Positions 8,392 through 17,921 of a stretch of DNA of 64,000 nt are shown here, piece by piece (the stretch's first letter is position 1; the number at the start of each line of letters is the position of its first letter). A program made the translations under genes and the position numbers. The notes beneath the pieces are model-generated. The model was not told where the DNA came from. It saw only the letters and a list, made by a program, of their open reading frames with translations, and did no database searches. Source of the stretch: an uncultured Eggerthellaceae bacterium (GTDB taxonomy: Bacteria; Actinomycetota; Coriobacteriia; Coriobacteriales; Eggerthellaceae); assembly GCA_947565915.1 (NCBI GenBank), contig CANOHY010000004.1, positions 9,254-73,253 of the forward strand. Reading direction: 5' to 3'.

Positions 8392-10143
8392 ATGACACGT
8401 TCTGTTATCGACCCGGTAACCCGCATCGAAGGGCATATGCGCTGCGAAATGGAAGTCGAGGGCGGCCACGTGAAGAACGCCTGGGTTTCCGGCGGCAGCT
8501 TCCGAGGCATGGAGATCGTCGTTGAGAACCGCACTCCCGAAGATGCCGCTCAGATCGTACAGCGCATCTGCGGCGTTTGCCCGGTTTCGCACAACCACGC
8601 ATCGGCCATTGCGGCCGAGAAGGTCTACGGGCTCGAGGGCCCGCTGGCCATCCCGAACCGTGCGCGCATCATCCGCAACCTCATCGAGGGCGCGCAGTTC
8701 CTGCACAGCCATATCCTGTGGTTCTACAATCTGGCTGCGCTCGACTACGTGAACCCCATCCATGCGCTTGAAGCCAACGTGGCCGACGCCTACGACCTCG
8801 CGCAAGCCGCTGGCACCTCCATGAACAGCGACTTCAAGCTGGTGAAGGAGCGCCTGGAGAAGTTCGCGGCTACCGGCCAGCTGTCCATCTTCGATGGCAA
8901 CTGGTTCGACGCCGAGGACGGCACCGCCTACAAGCTGCCGGCCGAGCTCGACCTCATCTGCACGGCTCATTACCTGGAAGCGCTGAAGATGCAAGCGCGC
9001 GCCTCCGAGGTTGCTGCTCTGCTTGGCGGCAAGATGCCCCACGTAATGACCATCATTCCTGGTGGCACCGCATTCGTTCCCACCCCGCAGAAGCTCGACG
9101 ACCTGCGCGCCATGGTGAACGAAATCTACGACTGGGTGTCCACCACCATGATCCCCGACACCCTGGCCTTGGCTCCGTTCTATCGCGAGGGCCTGGAATG
9201 GGGCGGCGGTTGCGGGCGCTTCGGCGCCTGGGGCGTGTTCGAGCGTCCGTCCATGCTGATGAACGATCGCTACATGCCTGCTGGCGTTCTGTTCCAAGGA
9301 GTCGACGGCCCCGTGAGCGACGTTGAAGAGGGCCTGATCACCGAGTATGTGGGCCACTCGTGGTACAAGGGCTCCGACACCTACCAGTCGCCCTACTTCG
9401 TGACCGATCCCGAGTTCACCGAGTACGACGTGAACGACCGCTACACCTGGTGCAAGGCTCCGGCCTACGATGGCAAGGCGCTGGAGTGCACGTCGCTCTC
9501 GCGCGTGCTGGTTGCCTACAAGCGCGGCGGCGCGAACAACCGCTTCATCGTTGACGAGACCGACAAGTTCCTCGCCGAACTCGGCAAGGGCTTGGGCCTG
9601 AATGGCGCTGCGCCCATCGATGCAGCCATCTCCATGCTGGGCCGCACGGCCATCCGTCAGGTGGAAACGCTCTACATCGCCAAGCTGATGAAGGACTGGA
9701 CCGAGGAGCTCATCCAAGTTGTGGCTGGCGGCGGCTTGCAGGACATCGCCATGGCCGAGAACACGCCAGTTGCCGACTTCGCCTCCACCAACGTGACCGA
9801 CTACTTCGAGAAGGGCATCAAGAACTCCGGTTCCGGCTCGGGCTTCTGGGAGGCCCCGCGTGGCGCCCTGTACCACTCCGAGAAGGTCAACAACGGCAAG
9901 ATCGAGGGATACCAGATCATCATTCCCACCACGTGGAACCTGGCGCCGATCAACGAGTTCGGCGAGCATGGCCCCATCGAGCAGGCTCTTGAGGATTGCC
10001 CCGTGGACGACATCGAGAAGCCCATCAACGCGCTTCGTCTGATCCACAGCTACGACCCCTGCGTGTCGTGCGCCGTGCATGTTTCCGAACCTGCCACGGG
10101 CAAGCATTTCGAAACCGTGACCAATCCGTGGGGGGTGAGGTAA
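8392..10143 (+). CDS. [NiFe] hydrogenase large subunit
   Basis: It has N-terminal RIEGHMR and RICGVCPVSH motifs and C-terminal DPCVSCAVH followed by a ~20-aa cleavable extension. Both Ni ligand pairs are Cys, with no in-frame TGA. Confidence 0.92.
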   Translation: MTRSVIDPVTRIEGHMRCEMEVEGGHVKNAWVSGGSFRGMEIVVENRTPEDAAQIVQRICGVCPVSHNHASAIAAEKVYGLEGPLAIPNRARIIRNLIEGAQFLHSHILWFYNLAALDYVNPIHALEANVADAYDLAQAAGTSMNSDFKLVKERLEKFAATGQLSIFDGNWFDAEDGTAYKLPAELDLICTAHYLEALKMQARASEVAALLGGKMPHVMTIIPGGTAFVPTPQKLDDLRAMVNEIYDWVSTTMIPDTLALAPFYREGLEWGGGCGRFGAWGVFERPSMLMNDRYMPAGVLFQGVDGPVSDVEEGLITEYVGHSWYKGSDTYQSPYFVTDPEFTEYDVNDRYTWCKAPAYDGKALECTSLSRVLVAYKRGGANNRFIVDETDKFLAELGKGLGLNGAAPIDAAISMLGRTAIRQVETLYIAKLMKDWTEELIQVVAGGGLQDIAMAENTPVADFASTNVTDYFEKGIKNSGSGSGFWEAPRGALYHSEKVNNGKIEGYQIIIPTTWNLAPINEFGEHGPIEQALEDCPVDDIEKPINALRLIHSYDPCVSCAVHVSEPATGKHFETVTNPWGVR

Positions 10144-10144
10144 G

Positions 10145-10837
10145 ATGGCGCATCTTGCACACTACCGTGAGGCACATCCGCTGCCGTTCGTCATCACCCA
10201 CTGGGTCAACCTGGTTGCGATGGTCGTCCTGATCATCACCGGCTTCATGATTCACTTCCCGGTTCCCTTCACCACGGGCATCTGCCGTGGCCTGCACATC
10301 TTCTGCGGCTTCGTGCTGTTCCTGAACTGCATCGTGCGCTTGATCTTGGCGTTCTGCGTGAAGTCGGCACCTACCGGCGGCACGCGCAAGCAGGTGAAGG
10401 ACTACAAGACCTGGCTGCCCCAAAAAGACAACCGTCATCAGGGTGGCGCGTGGATCAAGTACTATTTGTTCCTGAAGAAGGATCACCCCTTGTCGGCCAA
10501 GCTGGGTGTTCCGCAGAAGCTGTCGTACCTGCTGATTCCCATCTTGATCATCCTCATGTTCATCACGGGCCTGTGCCTATGGGCTCCCACGGCGAACACT
10601 CCGTTCTGCACTTGGGCGATCAACCTGGTGGGCGGTGCCATGTCAATGCGCATCATCCACTACTTTGGCATGTACGTGTTCATCATCTTCATGTTCATCC
10701 ATATCTATCTTGCGAACGTGGAGGGCTTCGAACCTACGAAGCTGATGTTCTTCCGCAAGGAGCACGGCGGCTTGGTCTACGACCCCGACAAGCACGTGAT
10801 CATTGGCGAAGACGTGCTGAAGCCCTACGACAAGTAG
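10145..10837 (+). CDS. cybH: Ni/Fe-hydrogenase b-type cytochrome subunit
   Basis: 230 aa with four TM helices and conserved His residues (ITHWVNL..., RIIHYFGMY...). It starts 1 nt after the large-subunit stop. Confidence 0.85.
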   Translation: MAHLAHYREAHPLPFVITHWVNLVAMVVLIITGFMIHFPVPFTTGICRGLHIFCGFVLFLNCIVRLILAFCVKSAPTGGTRKQVKDYKTWLPQKDNRHQGGAWIKYYLFLKKDHPLSAKLGVPQKLSYLLIPILIILMFITGLCLWAPTANTPFCTWAINLVGGAMSMRIIHYFGMYVFIIFMFIHIYLANVEGFEPTKLMFFRKEHGGLVYDPDKHVIIGEDVLKPYDK

Positions 10838-10899
10838 GCGAATGCATCTGGCTACGCGCCAGCGCCAAACGCAAAGCGGGGAATTACCGCCATTTCGAA

Positions 10900-10930
10900 G
10901 GAGTCCGAGTTAATCGGGCTCCTTTTCTTC
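10900..10930 (+). terminator. rho-independent terminator-like hairpin after cybH
   Basis: GGAGTCCGA-gttaa-TCGGGCTCC (one G-T pair) followed by TTTTCTTCT. Confidence 0.5.
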
Positions 10931-10975
10931 TACCATGGTTCACTGGCGCAAGCAAAGCACGAGAAGGAGCGATTC

Positions 10976-11398
10976 GTGGCAGAGCTCACCGACGAGCAGA
11001 TTCGCGAGGAACAGCGCTTCCTCCAGGGACTTCCCCGCATGAACTGGGGCGCGCTTCTGATGCCTGGCATCTGGGGCCCAGCCCATGGTTTTTGGGTAAG
11101 CTTGCTGTTCTACCCGCTGTGGCTTCTGGCCGACAACCTCACGTTCAATGCCTATCTTGACCCGCAGCCGTTCTGGATTGCCCTGTCGGCAATCTCGCTG
11201 ATCGTGACGATAGGCGCTACGATCGTCTTCGCATTGGTGAGCCAACCTATTGCCGCCCACCGCGCCGAGGAGCGCGGCATCTCCCGCCAGCAATACCTCA
11301 AGCGCGAGCGCATATGGGCTGTGGTTTGCCTGATCATAGCCGTCGCGGCCTTTGCTTGGGCAACCTATTACAATCTGAACATCCGCATCGAAGTCTAA
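10976..11398 (+). CDS. hypothetical membrane protein (3-4 TM) inside the hydrogenase cluster
   Basis: 140 aa, GTG start with GAAGGAG RBS, and hydrophobic helices. I recognise no family. Confidence 0.5.
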   Translation: MAELTDEQIREEQRFLQGLPRMNWGALLMPGIWGPAHGFWVSLLFYPLWLLADNLTFNAYLDPQPFWIALSAISLIVTIGATIVFALVSQPIAAHRAEERGISRQQYLKRERIWAVVCLIIAVAAFAWATYYNLNIRIEV

Positions 11399-11408
11399 GG
11401 AGCCAGCC

Positions 11409-11960
11409 GTGAGCGCAAATGCTATCGAAAGCGAAAGCCCGAAGAAGATCGCTGTCTTTTGCGTGGGCAACCGCCTGCACCTCGACGATGGAGTGGGTCC
11501 TGCCGTGTACGATGCCGTGCTGGAAGGATTCGACGTGCCCGAGAACGTGGAGCTTTGCGACTTGGGCGTGCTAACGATGGACAAGATCAACTACGTGGAT
11601 CGCTGCGATGCCATCATCACGGTGGATGCATTCGAGTATTCGGGCGAGCCGGTTGGCACCGTGCTGCGAGGCACGCCGCGCGACCTCGCTCCAGCACTGG
11701 GCCCTAACATCTCCCTTCACGACCTGCGTCTCGTCGACCTCTTCGACCAAGCTGCGCTCATCGGGTACGAATGCGAGGGGATTTGCTTGGGCATGCAGGT
11801 GGAAAACGTAGACCCCGACTTTCTGACCGAAGACCTCACTCCTACCGTGAAAGCCCAACTTCCTCTGCTCATCGACACGCTCGCAGCCGAACTTGCGCGC
11901 CTTGGCTCACCGCTCGTCAGCAAGGCGACAGGCCTTCCCTATCTGGGTCCTGAGGCGTAG
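11409..11960 (+). CDS. hydrogenase maturation endopeptidase (HyaD/HybD family)
   Basis: It has the IAVFCVGNRLHLDDGVGPAVYD motif and a later ...HDLRLVDL segment. GTG start with AAGGAG RBS. Confidence 0.8.
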   Translation: MSANAIESESPKKIAVFCVGNRLHLDDGVGPAVYDAVLEGFDVPENVELCDLGVLTMDKINYVDRCDAIITVDAFEYSGEPVGTVLRGTPRDLAPALGPNISLHDLRLVDLFDQAALIGYECEGICLGMQVENVDPDFLTEDLTPTVKAQLPLLIDTLAAELARLGSPLVSKATGLPYLGPEA

Positions 11961-12006
11961 AGCCTAGACCGCACGTATCCTGCCTCGATGCGTCATAAAA
12001 ACGCCC

Positions 12007-12708
12007 TTAGGGTTTGATCTCGAGGGTGATCCGATCATCTTTCAGTCGCGCGCGCACTCGCTTCAGTCCCAGTGGCGCAAGCGCAGCTTCGGCCTGACGC
12101 ACGCGCTCCAGCTTCTCGGACGTGATGGCCTCACCGAATGCCAGGCGCGTGTAGAGGCACGAGTTCGAAGGCTTGTCCCACGTGGGAAGGTCAAGTGCTC
12201 GAGAAAGCGCGCGCACATCGGCTTTTGTCAGATCACAATCCACAAAGGGCGTGGCGATGGCCGCCTCTTCGAGCGCCCGTCTTCCCGGGCGGTCCTCGGC
12301 CAGGTCATCCACGTTCGTGCCATCCACGATGCACTCGAGAGAACGCTCGCTTGCCAGCTGACGAATGCACCGGTATATCTCGCGCTTGCAGAGGTAGCAG
12401 CGCTCGGGCGGGTTCTGAGTGAACCCCGGCAACGCAAGCTCATCCAAGGCGAACACAACCTGATCTATGCCCCTATCCGCACAAAACCGTCGCGTAAAGC
12501 GATGGTCGTCTTCAGGTTGCGAGCCAATGCACGCCGTAAAGGCTACGGACTTGCTTCCCAAAGCACGATGCGCCACAGCCAACAGCAAGGTGGAATCCAC
12601 TCCGCCCGAGAAGGCCACGGCAACCCGGCCCTTGCTCTCGAACCATTGCTCGAGCCGCTCAAGCTTATCTTCTAGGTGCCCTGCAGACGAGCTTTCCATG
12701 CCCTTCAA
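12007..12708 (-). CDS. larE: PP-loop ATP-pyrophosphatase, LarE-like sacrificial sulfur transferase family
   Basis: It has the VAVAFSGGVDSTLLL PP-loop, DGTNVDDLAEDRPG, KADVRAL, and a Cys-containing SNSCLYTR segment aligned to the LarE active-site region. The C-terminus reads RVRARLKDDRITLEI. Confidence 0.7.
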   Translation of the reverse strand: MKGMESSSAGHLEDKLERLEQWFESKGRVAVAFSGGVDSTLLLAVAHRALGSKSVAFTACIGSQPEDDHRFTRRFCADRGIDQVVFALDELALPGFTQNPPERCYLCKREIYRCIRQLASERSLECIVDGTNVDDLAEDRPGRRALEEAAIATPFVDCDLTKADVRALSRALDLPTWDKPSNSCLYTRLAFGEAITSEKLERVRQAEAALAPLGLKRVRARLKDDRITLEIKP

Positions 12709-12920
12709 ACCTGACTTTCCTACGGTTTAGCTTGCGTAAGGAACGCGTAATCGACTTGCAACGTAACGCTTATTCTACAAGGATGGCGTTTCGCATAGGG
12801 ATTGACGCCAAAAACCAGCATGAAGGGCTATAATACCCTCCATTCGTCTTGGCCTCGGTCAAGGAGAATGCATTTGCAGGGAGAACGTTCGGCAGAACCA
12901 GAAGCACAGCGAGGGACATC

Positions 12921-14483
12921 ATGACGGAAAACGCGAAGAAGACCACCCAAGCGGACATAGCGAAATCCATGAACGTGAAGCTTGCGAAGCAGGGACTCGC
13001 CGATAGCGCCAAGCGCCTTGCCCTCTACAAGCTCATCGATTACGTGATGGCCGACCCCGAGACCAACATCTGCAAGATAGTCGACAACGCGAACAAGTAC
13101 CTTCCCGACAATCTGTTCCACAACCAGCGCGTTGCTATCAAGAATGCTATCGATAGCAAGAACAACTGGTACGAGCTCATCATGAGGATCTTGGACCTCA
13201 ACCCCGAAGTGGTTCCTCAGTTGATGAAGACGTTCCTGGTAGACAGCAACTTCCTTGCGTGGCCCATGCAGGAAGAGAACCGCAAGAACCTGAAGTGCAA
13301 CATTCCATGGGCCATCCTGCTTGACCCCACCAGTGCCTGCAACCTGCATTGCACGGGCTGCTGGGCGGCCGAATACGGCCACAACGTGCAGCTCACCTAC
13401 GACGAGATCGACGACATCATCAATCAGGGCACCGAGCTTGGCACCTACGTTTACATCTATACCGGTGGCGAGCCACTGATCCGCAAGAAGGACCTCATCA
13501 AGCTCTGCGAGGCGCATCCCGACTGCTCGTTCTTGTCGTTCACCAACGCAACGCTGATCGACGAGGAATTCTGCCAAGACATGATCCGCGTGAAGAACTT
13601 CATCCCTGCCATCTCGGTGGAGGGCATCGGCGAGGCCACCGATGTGCGCCGCGGCGAGGGCACCTTCGCGAAGATCGACGAGGCTATGGCACTATTGCGC
13701 AAGCATAAGCTGCCCTTCGGCGTATCGTGCTGCCATACCTCCCAGAATTCCGACTCCCTGGCATCCGAGGAGTTCTTCGATTGGCTGATCGACCAAGGCG
13801 CCCTGTTCGCCTGGATCTTCACGTTCATGCCCGTGGGCTACAACACCAAGGATGACGCCTTGATGGCCACGCCCGAGCAGCGCGAGCACCTCTACCACCT
13901 GGTGCGCGACATGCGCGAGAAGAAGCCCATCTTCACGCTGGACTTCCAAAACGACGGCGAGTTCGTAGGCGGCTGCATCGCTGGCGGGCGCCGCTACTTG
14001 CACATCAACGCCAACGGCGACATCGAGCCTTGCGTGTTCGCGCATTACTCCGACTCGAACATCCGCGACGTCACGCTGCTGGAAGCTTTCCAGGCGCCGT
14101 TGTTCAAGCAGTACTACGACAACATGCCCTTCGACGGCAATAACCTGCTTCGCCCCTGCCCCATCTACGAGAACACCTACAAACTGGCCGAGATGGTGGA
14201 GGCATCGGGCGCGAAGTCGACCGACCTGGAGCACTCCGAGGACGCACGCGAGCTCGGTGCCAAGTTCGAGCAGCGTGCGAAGGACTGGGCTCCCGTTGCC
14301 GAGCGGCTGTGGTACGACGGCTCCGACCCCCGCGCAAAGTGGCGCGCGCGCCGCTACGTAGCGCAGTCCGAGGCCGACATCGAGAAGTTCGAGCGCAACG
14401 GCCGCGTGGGCAGCGCCCCGTTCGATGAACGCGATGCCGACGTGGAACGCATCAAGCAGGCCATGGAGGCTCAGCAGGATTAA
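12921..14483 (+). CDS. radical SAM protein with C-terminal SPASM/twitch-like Cys region
   Basis: It has CNLHCTGC (CxxxCxxC), GGEPLIRK, and later GGCIAGGRRYLHINANGDIEPCVF. I prefer the ATG at 12921 (GAGGGA 6 nt upstream) over the track TTG start at 12849. Confidence 0.8.
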   Translation: MTENAKKTTQADIAKSMNVKLAKQGLADSAKRLALYKLIDYVMADPETNICKIVDNANKYLPDNLFHNQRVAIKNAIDSKNNWYELIMRILDLNPEVVPQLMKTFLVDSNFLAWPMQEENRKNLKCNIPWAILLDPTSACNLHCTGCWAAEYGHNVQLTYDEIDDIINQGTELGTYVYIYTGGEPLIRKKDLIKLCEAHPDCSFLSFTNATLIDEEFCQDMIRVKNFIPAISVEGIGEATDVRRGEGTFAKIDEAMALLRKHKLPFGVSCCHTSQNSDSLASEEFFDWLIDQGALFAWIFTFMPVGYNTKDDALMATPEQREHLYHLVRDMREKKPIFTLDFQNDGEFVGGCIAGGRRYLHINANGDIEPCVFAHYSDSNIRDVTLLEAFQAPLFKQYYDNMPFDGNNLLRPCPIYENTYKLAEMVEASGAKSTDLEHSEDARELGAKFEQRAKDWAPVAERLWYDGSDPRAKWRARRYVAQSEADIEKFERNGRVGSAPFDERDADVERIKQAMEAQQD

Positions 14484-14518
14484 CCGTGCGTGCCTGCACG
14501 AAAGTTCTTGTGATTGAC

Positions 14519-14556
14519 GAACCGCCCGCTCGACAAGAGTTGGCGGTTCTCTTTTG
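14519..14556 (+). terminator. rho-independent terminator after the radical SAM gene
   Basis: GAACCGCC - 15 nt - GGCGGTTC followed by TCTTTTGG. Confidence 0.55.
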
Positions 14557-14651
14557 GTGATAAGACGCTGCCATCTGCAGCATTGGTGCGCTTGCGGGCA
14601 GCGAACCTGCTCCCAACCTCAACTATGCGATAATCCTCACGGGAGGTTCGC

Positions 14652-15065
14652 GTGAAGAAACTGATAGCCCAATTCATGAAGTTCGGTGTGGTAGGCGCCA
14701 TCGCCTTTCTCATCGATTTCGGACTGCTCTGGCTGCTTACCAGCATCTTTGGCGTGTACTATCTAGTGAGCGCCACCATCTCGTTCACTGTATCGGTGAT
14801 CTTCAACTACCTGGCATCCATGCGCTACGTGTTCAAGCATCGCCAAGATATGTCGCGGCGCAAAGAGTTCGTCATCTTCGTCATTCTGTCGGTCATCGGG
14901 CTTATCATTAACAACGTTCTGATGTGGGCAGGCGTAAGCCTGCTGAACATCTATTACCTGATCGTGAAGATCTTCGCAACAGCAGTGGTAACTGTATGGA
15001 ACTTCGTCACGCGCAAGATCTTCTTAGATGCAGGCGACCAGCCAGTTGCCGAAGACATAGTGTAG
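14652..15065 (+). CDS. GtrA family membrane protein
   Basis: 137 aa. It has the FMKFGVVGAIAFLIDFGLLWLL N-terminus and four TM helices typical of GtrA. GTG start with GGGAGG RBS. Confidence 0.8.
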   Translation: MKKLIAQFMKFGVVGAIAFLIDFGLLWLLTSIFGVYYLVSATISFTVSVIFNYLASMRYVFKHRQDMSRRKEFVIFVILSVIGLIINNVLMWAGVSLLNIYYLIVKIFATAVVTVWNFVTRKIFLDAGDQPVAEDIV

Positions 15066-15111
15066 AAGCGAGCGAGAAACCTCAAGGACCCCGGGAATTC
15101 AAGGAGCGAGC

Positions 15112-16752
15112 ATGCCCAGCACCGACTATCTCATCATGAACGCAGCCAAGCAGCCCGAGCGCATAGCGCTGGTAGAGGTGAACCCAGCCATCCGCGAAAG
15201 CCATGGCGATAACTGGCGCGACTACGAGTTGGTGGAGACCATCCCCTCGAAGCGCTACCGTCGCGAGCTCACTTGGCGTGCCTTCAACGGACTGGCCAAC
15301 CGTTTTGCGCACATGCTCATCGATGCGGGATACGAGCCGAACGCAAAGGTGGCGATTCTGCTGATGAACAGCCTGGAATGGCTGCCCATATACTTCGGCG
15401 TGCTGAAGGCAGGATGCGTGGCTGTGCCACTGAACTACCGCTATACGGCCGACGAGATCAAATACTGCCTGGAGCTCTCCGACGCCGAAGCGCTCGTCTA
15501 TGGCCCCGAGTTCATCGACCGCATCGATGCGATCGCAGGCGACATTCCGCAAATACGCGACCTCATCTTCGTAGGCGAGGATTGCCCATCTGTTGCCACC
15601 AGCTATCAGCAGCATATCAATCACTACTCGGCCGACGAACCAGATGTGGTCATCAGCGACGAGGACAACGCCGCCATCTACTTCAGCAGCGGAACCACGG
15701 GCTTTCCCAAAGCCATCTTGCACAACCACTTAAGCCTGATGCAAGCCGGCATATGCGAACAGCACCATCACGGGCAAACCAAGGACGACACCTTCCTCTG
15801 CATACCGCCCTTGTACCACACGGGCGCGAAGATCCACTGGTTCGGCAGCCTAGTGTCGGGCAGCAGCGCCGTGATCTTGCGCGGCGTGCGTCCCGATTGG
15901 ATCTTGCAGACCATCTCCGAAGAGCATTGCACCATCGCCTGGCTGCTGGTGCCTTGGGCACAGGACATCCTGGACGCAATCGACTCGGGCGAGATGGATC
16001 CCAGCAACTACCGCCTTGACCAGTGGCGCTTGATGCATATCGGGGCTCAGCCCGTACCGCCCAGCCTGGTGAGGCGCTGGCTGAAGGTGTTCCCCCATCA
16101 CCTGTTCGACAACAACTACGGGCTTTCCGAGGGCATGGGGCCCGGAAGCCTGCATTTAGGCATCGAGAACATCGATCACGTGGAAACCAACGGCGTGCCC
16201 GGATGGGGTTGGGAAGCCGACATCCGTCGCGAAGATGGCACGTCGGTGAACCACGACAACGAAGAAGTGGGCGAGCTGTGCCTGAAGGGCAACTGCGTGA
16301 TGCTGGAATACTACAACAACCCTGAAGCCACCGCCGAAGCAATACGCGATGGTTGGCTTTACACGGGCGACATGGCGAAGATCGACAAAGACGGCTTCAT
16401 CACGCTGGTAGACCGCGCGAAAGACGTCATCATTTCCGGCGGCGAGAACCTGTACCCCGTGCAGATCGAGACGTTCATCCGCACGCACGACGCCGTGCGC
16501 GACGTGGCCGTGATTGGCATGCCCGACGCGCGGTTGGGCGAGATAGCCTGCGCGGTGATAGAGGTCAAAGAGGGGCATGCGTGCACAGAAGACGAAATGC
16601 GCACGTTTTGCGAAGAGCTGCCCCGCTACAAGCGCCCTCGCCAGTACATCTTCGCCGAGGTGCCGCGCAATTCCACGGGCAAGATCGACAAACCTGCGCT
16701 GCGCAAGCGCTACACGGGCGGCAGCGTGGTAGCCCAGGAGATCGAGCAGTAG
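15112..16752 (+). CDS. AMP-dependent acyl-CoA synthetase/ligase
   Basis: It has the AMP-binding motifs IYFSSGTTGFPKAI, YGLSEG, GDMAKIDKDGFITLVDRAKD and PRNSTGKIDK. Confidence 0.85.
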   Translation: MPSTDYLIMNAAKQPERIALVEVNPAIRESHGDNWRDYELVETIPSKRYRRELTWRAFNGLANRFAHMLIDAGYEPNAKVAILLMNSLEWLPIYFGVLKAGCVAVPLNYRYTADEIKYCLELSDAEALVYGPEFIDRIDAIAGDIPQIRDLIFVGEDCPSVATSYQQHINHYSADEPDVVISDEDNAAIYFSSGTTGFPKAILHNHLSLMQAGICEQHHHGQTKDDTFLCIPPLYHTGAKIHWFGSLVSGSSAVILRGVRPDWILQTISEEHCTIAWLLVPWAQDILDAIDSGEMDPSNYRLDQWRLMHIGAQPVPPSLVRRWLKVFPHHLFDNNYGLSEGMGPGSLHLGIENIDHVETNGVPGWGWEADIRREDGTSVNHDNEEVGELCLKGNCVMLEYYNNPEATAEAIRDGWLYTGDMAKIDKDGFITLVDRAKDVIISGGENLYPVQIETFIRTHDAVRDVAVIGMPDARLGEIACAVIEVKEGHACTEDEMRTFCEELPRYKRPRQYIFAEVPRNSTGKIDKPALRKRYTGGSVVAQEIEQ

Positions 16753-16754
16753 CA

Positions 16755-17801
16755 CTAGTCCAGCGCGTGGGTGAGGTCGATGTTCATGTCCACTGCCACA
16801 GGTATACCTGCCACCTGGCCACCATTCGAATACTGCCACATCACGATATCCAGCTTGTTGCTCGGAGCGGGCACGTCGTATTCTGCCCACCATATGTCGC
16901 GCTTCTCCATCTCGGAGCGCCGGTAGCGGGCCATATCCTGCGCGTTGCCATATACCATGGCATCGTAGCCCGCAGCCTCGATGCGCTTGCAGAACGCATC
17001 GGCTATCTCAGTCATCTGGTCGGTCGAAAGGCCCGAAGTGCGCGACTGCGCCAAGTTCAGCACGTGTTCCTCGGAGTCGAACACAATGGGATACTGCAGA
17101 TCGGCACCGCCGAGGTTCTCCAACACGAAGTTGGCTTCCTCGCGCGCCTCGTCGGGCGTATTCGCCTGCGAGAAGAAGTAGATGCCCCGATCGATTCCCG
17201 CATTGGCCGCACCTGCCAGATTATCGTGGAAGTACTCGTCCAAATACAGATCGCCTGCCGTTGCTCCCCGATAGCCAAGCCGAATCATGGCGAAGTCGAT
17301 GCCATCGGCGGCAACGGCACTCCAGTCTATCTGATGCTGATTCTCCGATACGTCGATGCCCAAGCGCGACTTCACCACCCCATCGTCCACATAGGCATAG
17401 CGTCCGTTCGTGCGATCGAGCTTGCTCCAGTCGTAAGGGGAAACGTAAGCCTGCTCGGCCATGCGATCCGAAGCATCCCTGTCGACCAAAGGCGCCAGCA
17501 ACACGATGCCCAAAGCAACCACCAGGGCAACTACCACCACGCCCACCACGTAGCGCAGGTTGCGTTTGAGAAAGCGAGACGTGGCATCACCCCGCACAGG
17601 GCCCTCGCCTTGCGAGCTTGCGTGCGCCGCCGCCGCCATGCGCGCGAGCTTCTGCTGACGCGTGGTGTAAGGCACGCGCCCTCCTGAGGTGCTGTCGCCC
17701 GAGCCGGGTTCTTTGGGTGGTTGATACGTGGGCACGTTAACTCCGTCATGCATCGGGAAAGAATGGCTGCCCGAGTCGTAGTTGGTTTCCCATTGGGCCA
17801 T
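16755..17801 (-). CDS. membrane-anchored GH25 muramidase (lysozyme)
   Basis: It has a Pro-rich N-terminus and one TM ([21 protein letters not shown]). The GH25 core is [32 protein letters not shown]...IYFFSQA...WWAEY. Confidence 0.75.
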   Translation of the reverse strand: MAQWETNYDSGSHSFPMHDGVNVPTYQPPKEPGSGDSTSGGRVPYTTRQQKLARMAAAAHASSQGEGPVRGDATSRFLKRNLRYVVGVVVVALVVALGIVLLAPLVDRDASDRMAEQAYVSPYDWSKLDRTNGRYAYVDDGVVKSRLGIDVSENQHQIDWSAVAADGIDFAMIRLGYRGATAGDLYLDEYFHDNLAGAANAGIDRGIYFFSQANTPDEAREEANFVLENLGGADLQYPIVFDSEEHVLNLAQSRTSGLSTDQMTEIADAFCKRIEAAGYDAMVYGNAQDMARYRRSEMEKRDIWWAEYDVPAPSNKLDIVMWQYSNGGQVAGIPVAVDMNIDLTHALD

Positions 17802-17921
17802 TTCGGCAGAATGGGCGATGCGCTATGGGCTATTATACAGAGGTTGCGCGCACGCGGCCGCGTGCTAGCCGCCGATTGCCGCGCACCACCAAGGAAGATG
17901 CGCTTTTTAAGGAGACGCTTC

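Noticed and set aside
7177-10107. 976-aa ORF on the minus strand spanning the hydrogenase genes
   Set aside because: It is antisense to two genes with unmistakable [NiFe] hydrogenase motifs. Its composition is Arg/His/Gly/Ala-rich with no recognisable domain, which is a typical shadow ORF of high-GC DNA.
8392-10143. [NiFeSe]-type large subunit with selenocysteine recoding
   Set aside because: The C-terminal motif reads DPCVSCAVH with ordinary Cys codons, and the ORF has no in-frame TGA.
17802-17921. Possible second preQ1 riboswitch upstream of queF (sequence begins CAGAGGTTGCGC...)
   Set aside because: There is no complementary CCTCT/CAACC 3' strand and no A-rich ...AAAAACTA tail before the SD. 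Only the GC palindrome is present. I cannot exclude preQ1-II/III without a covariance-model search.
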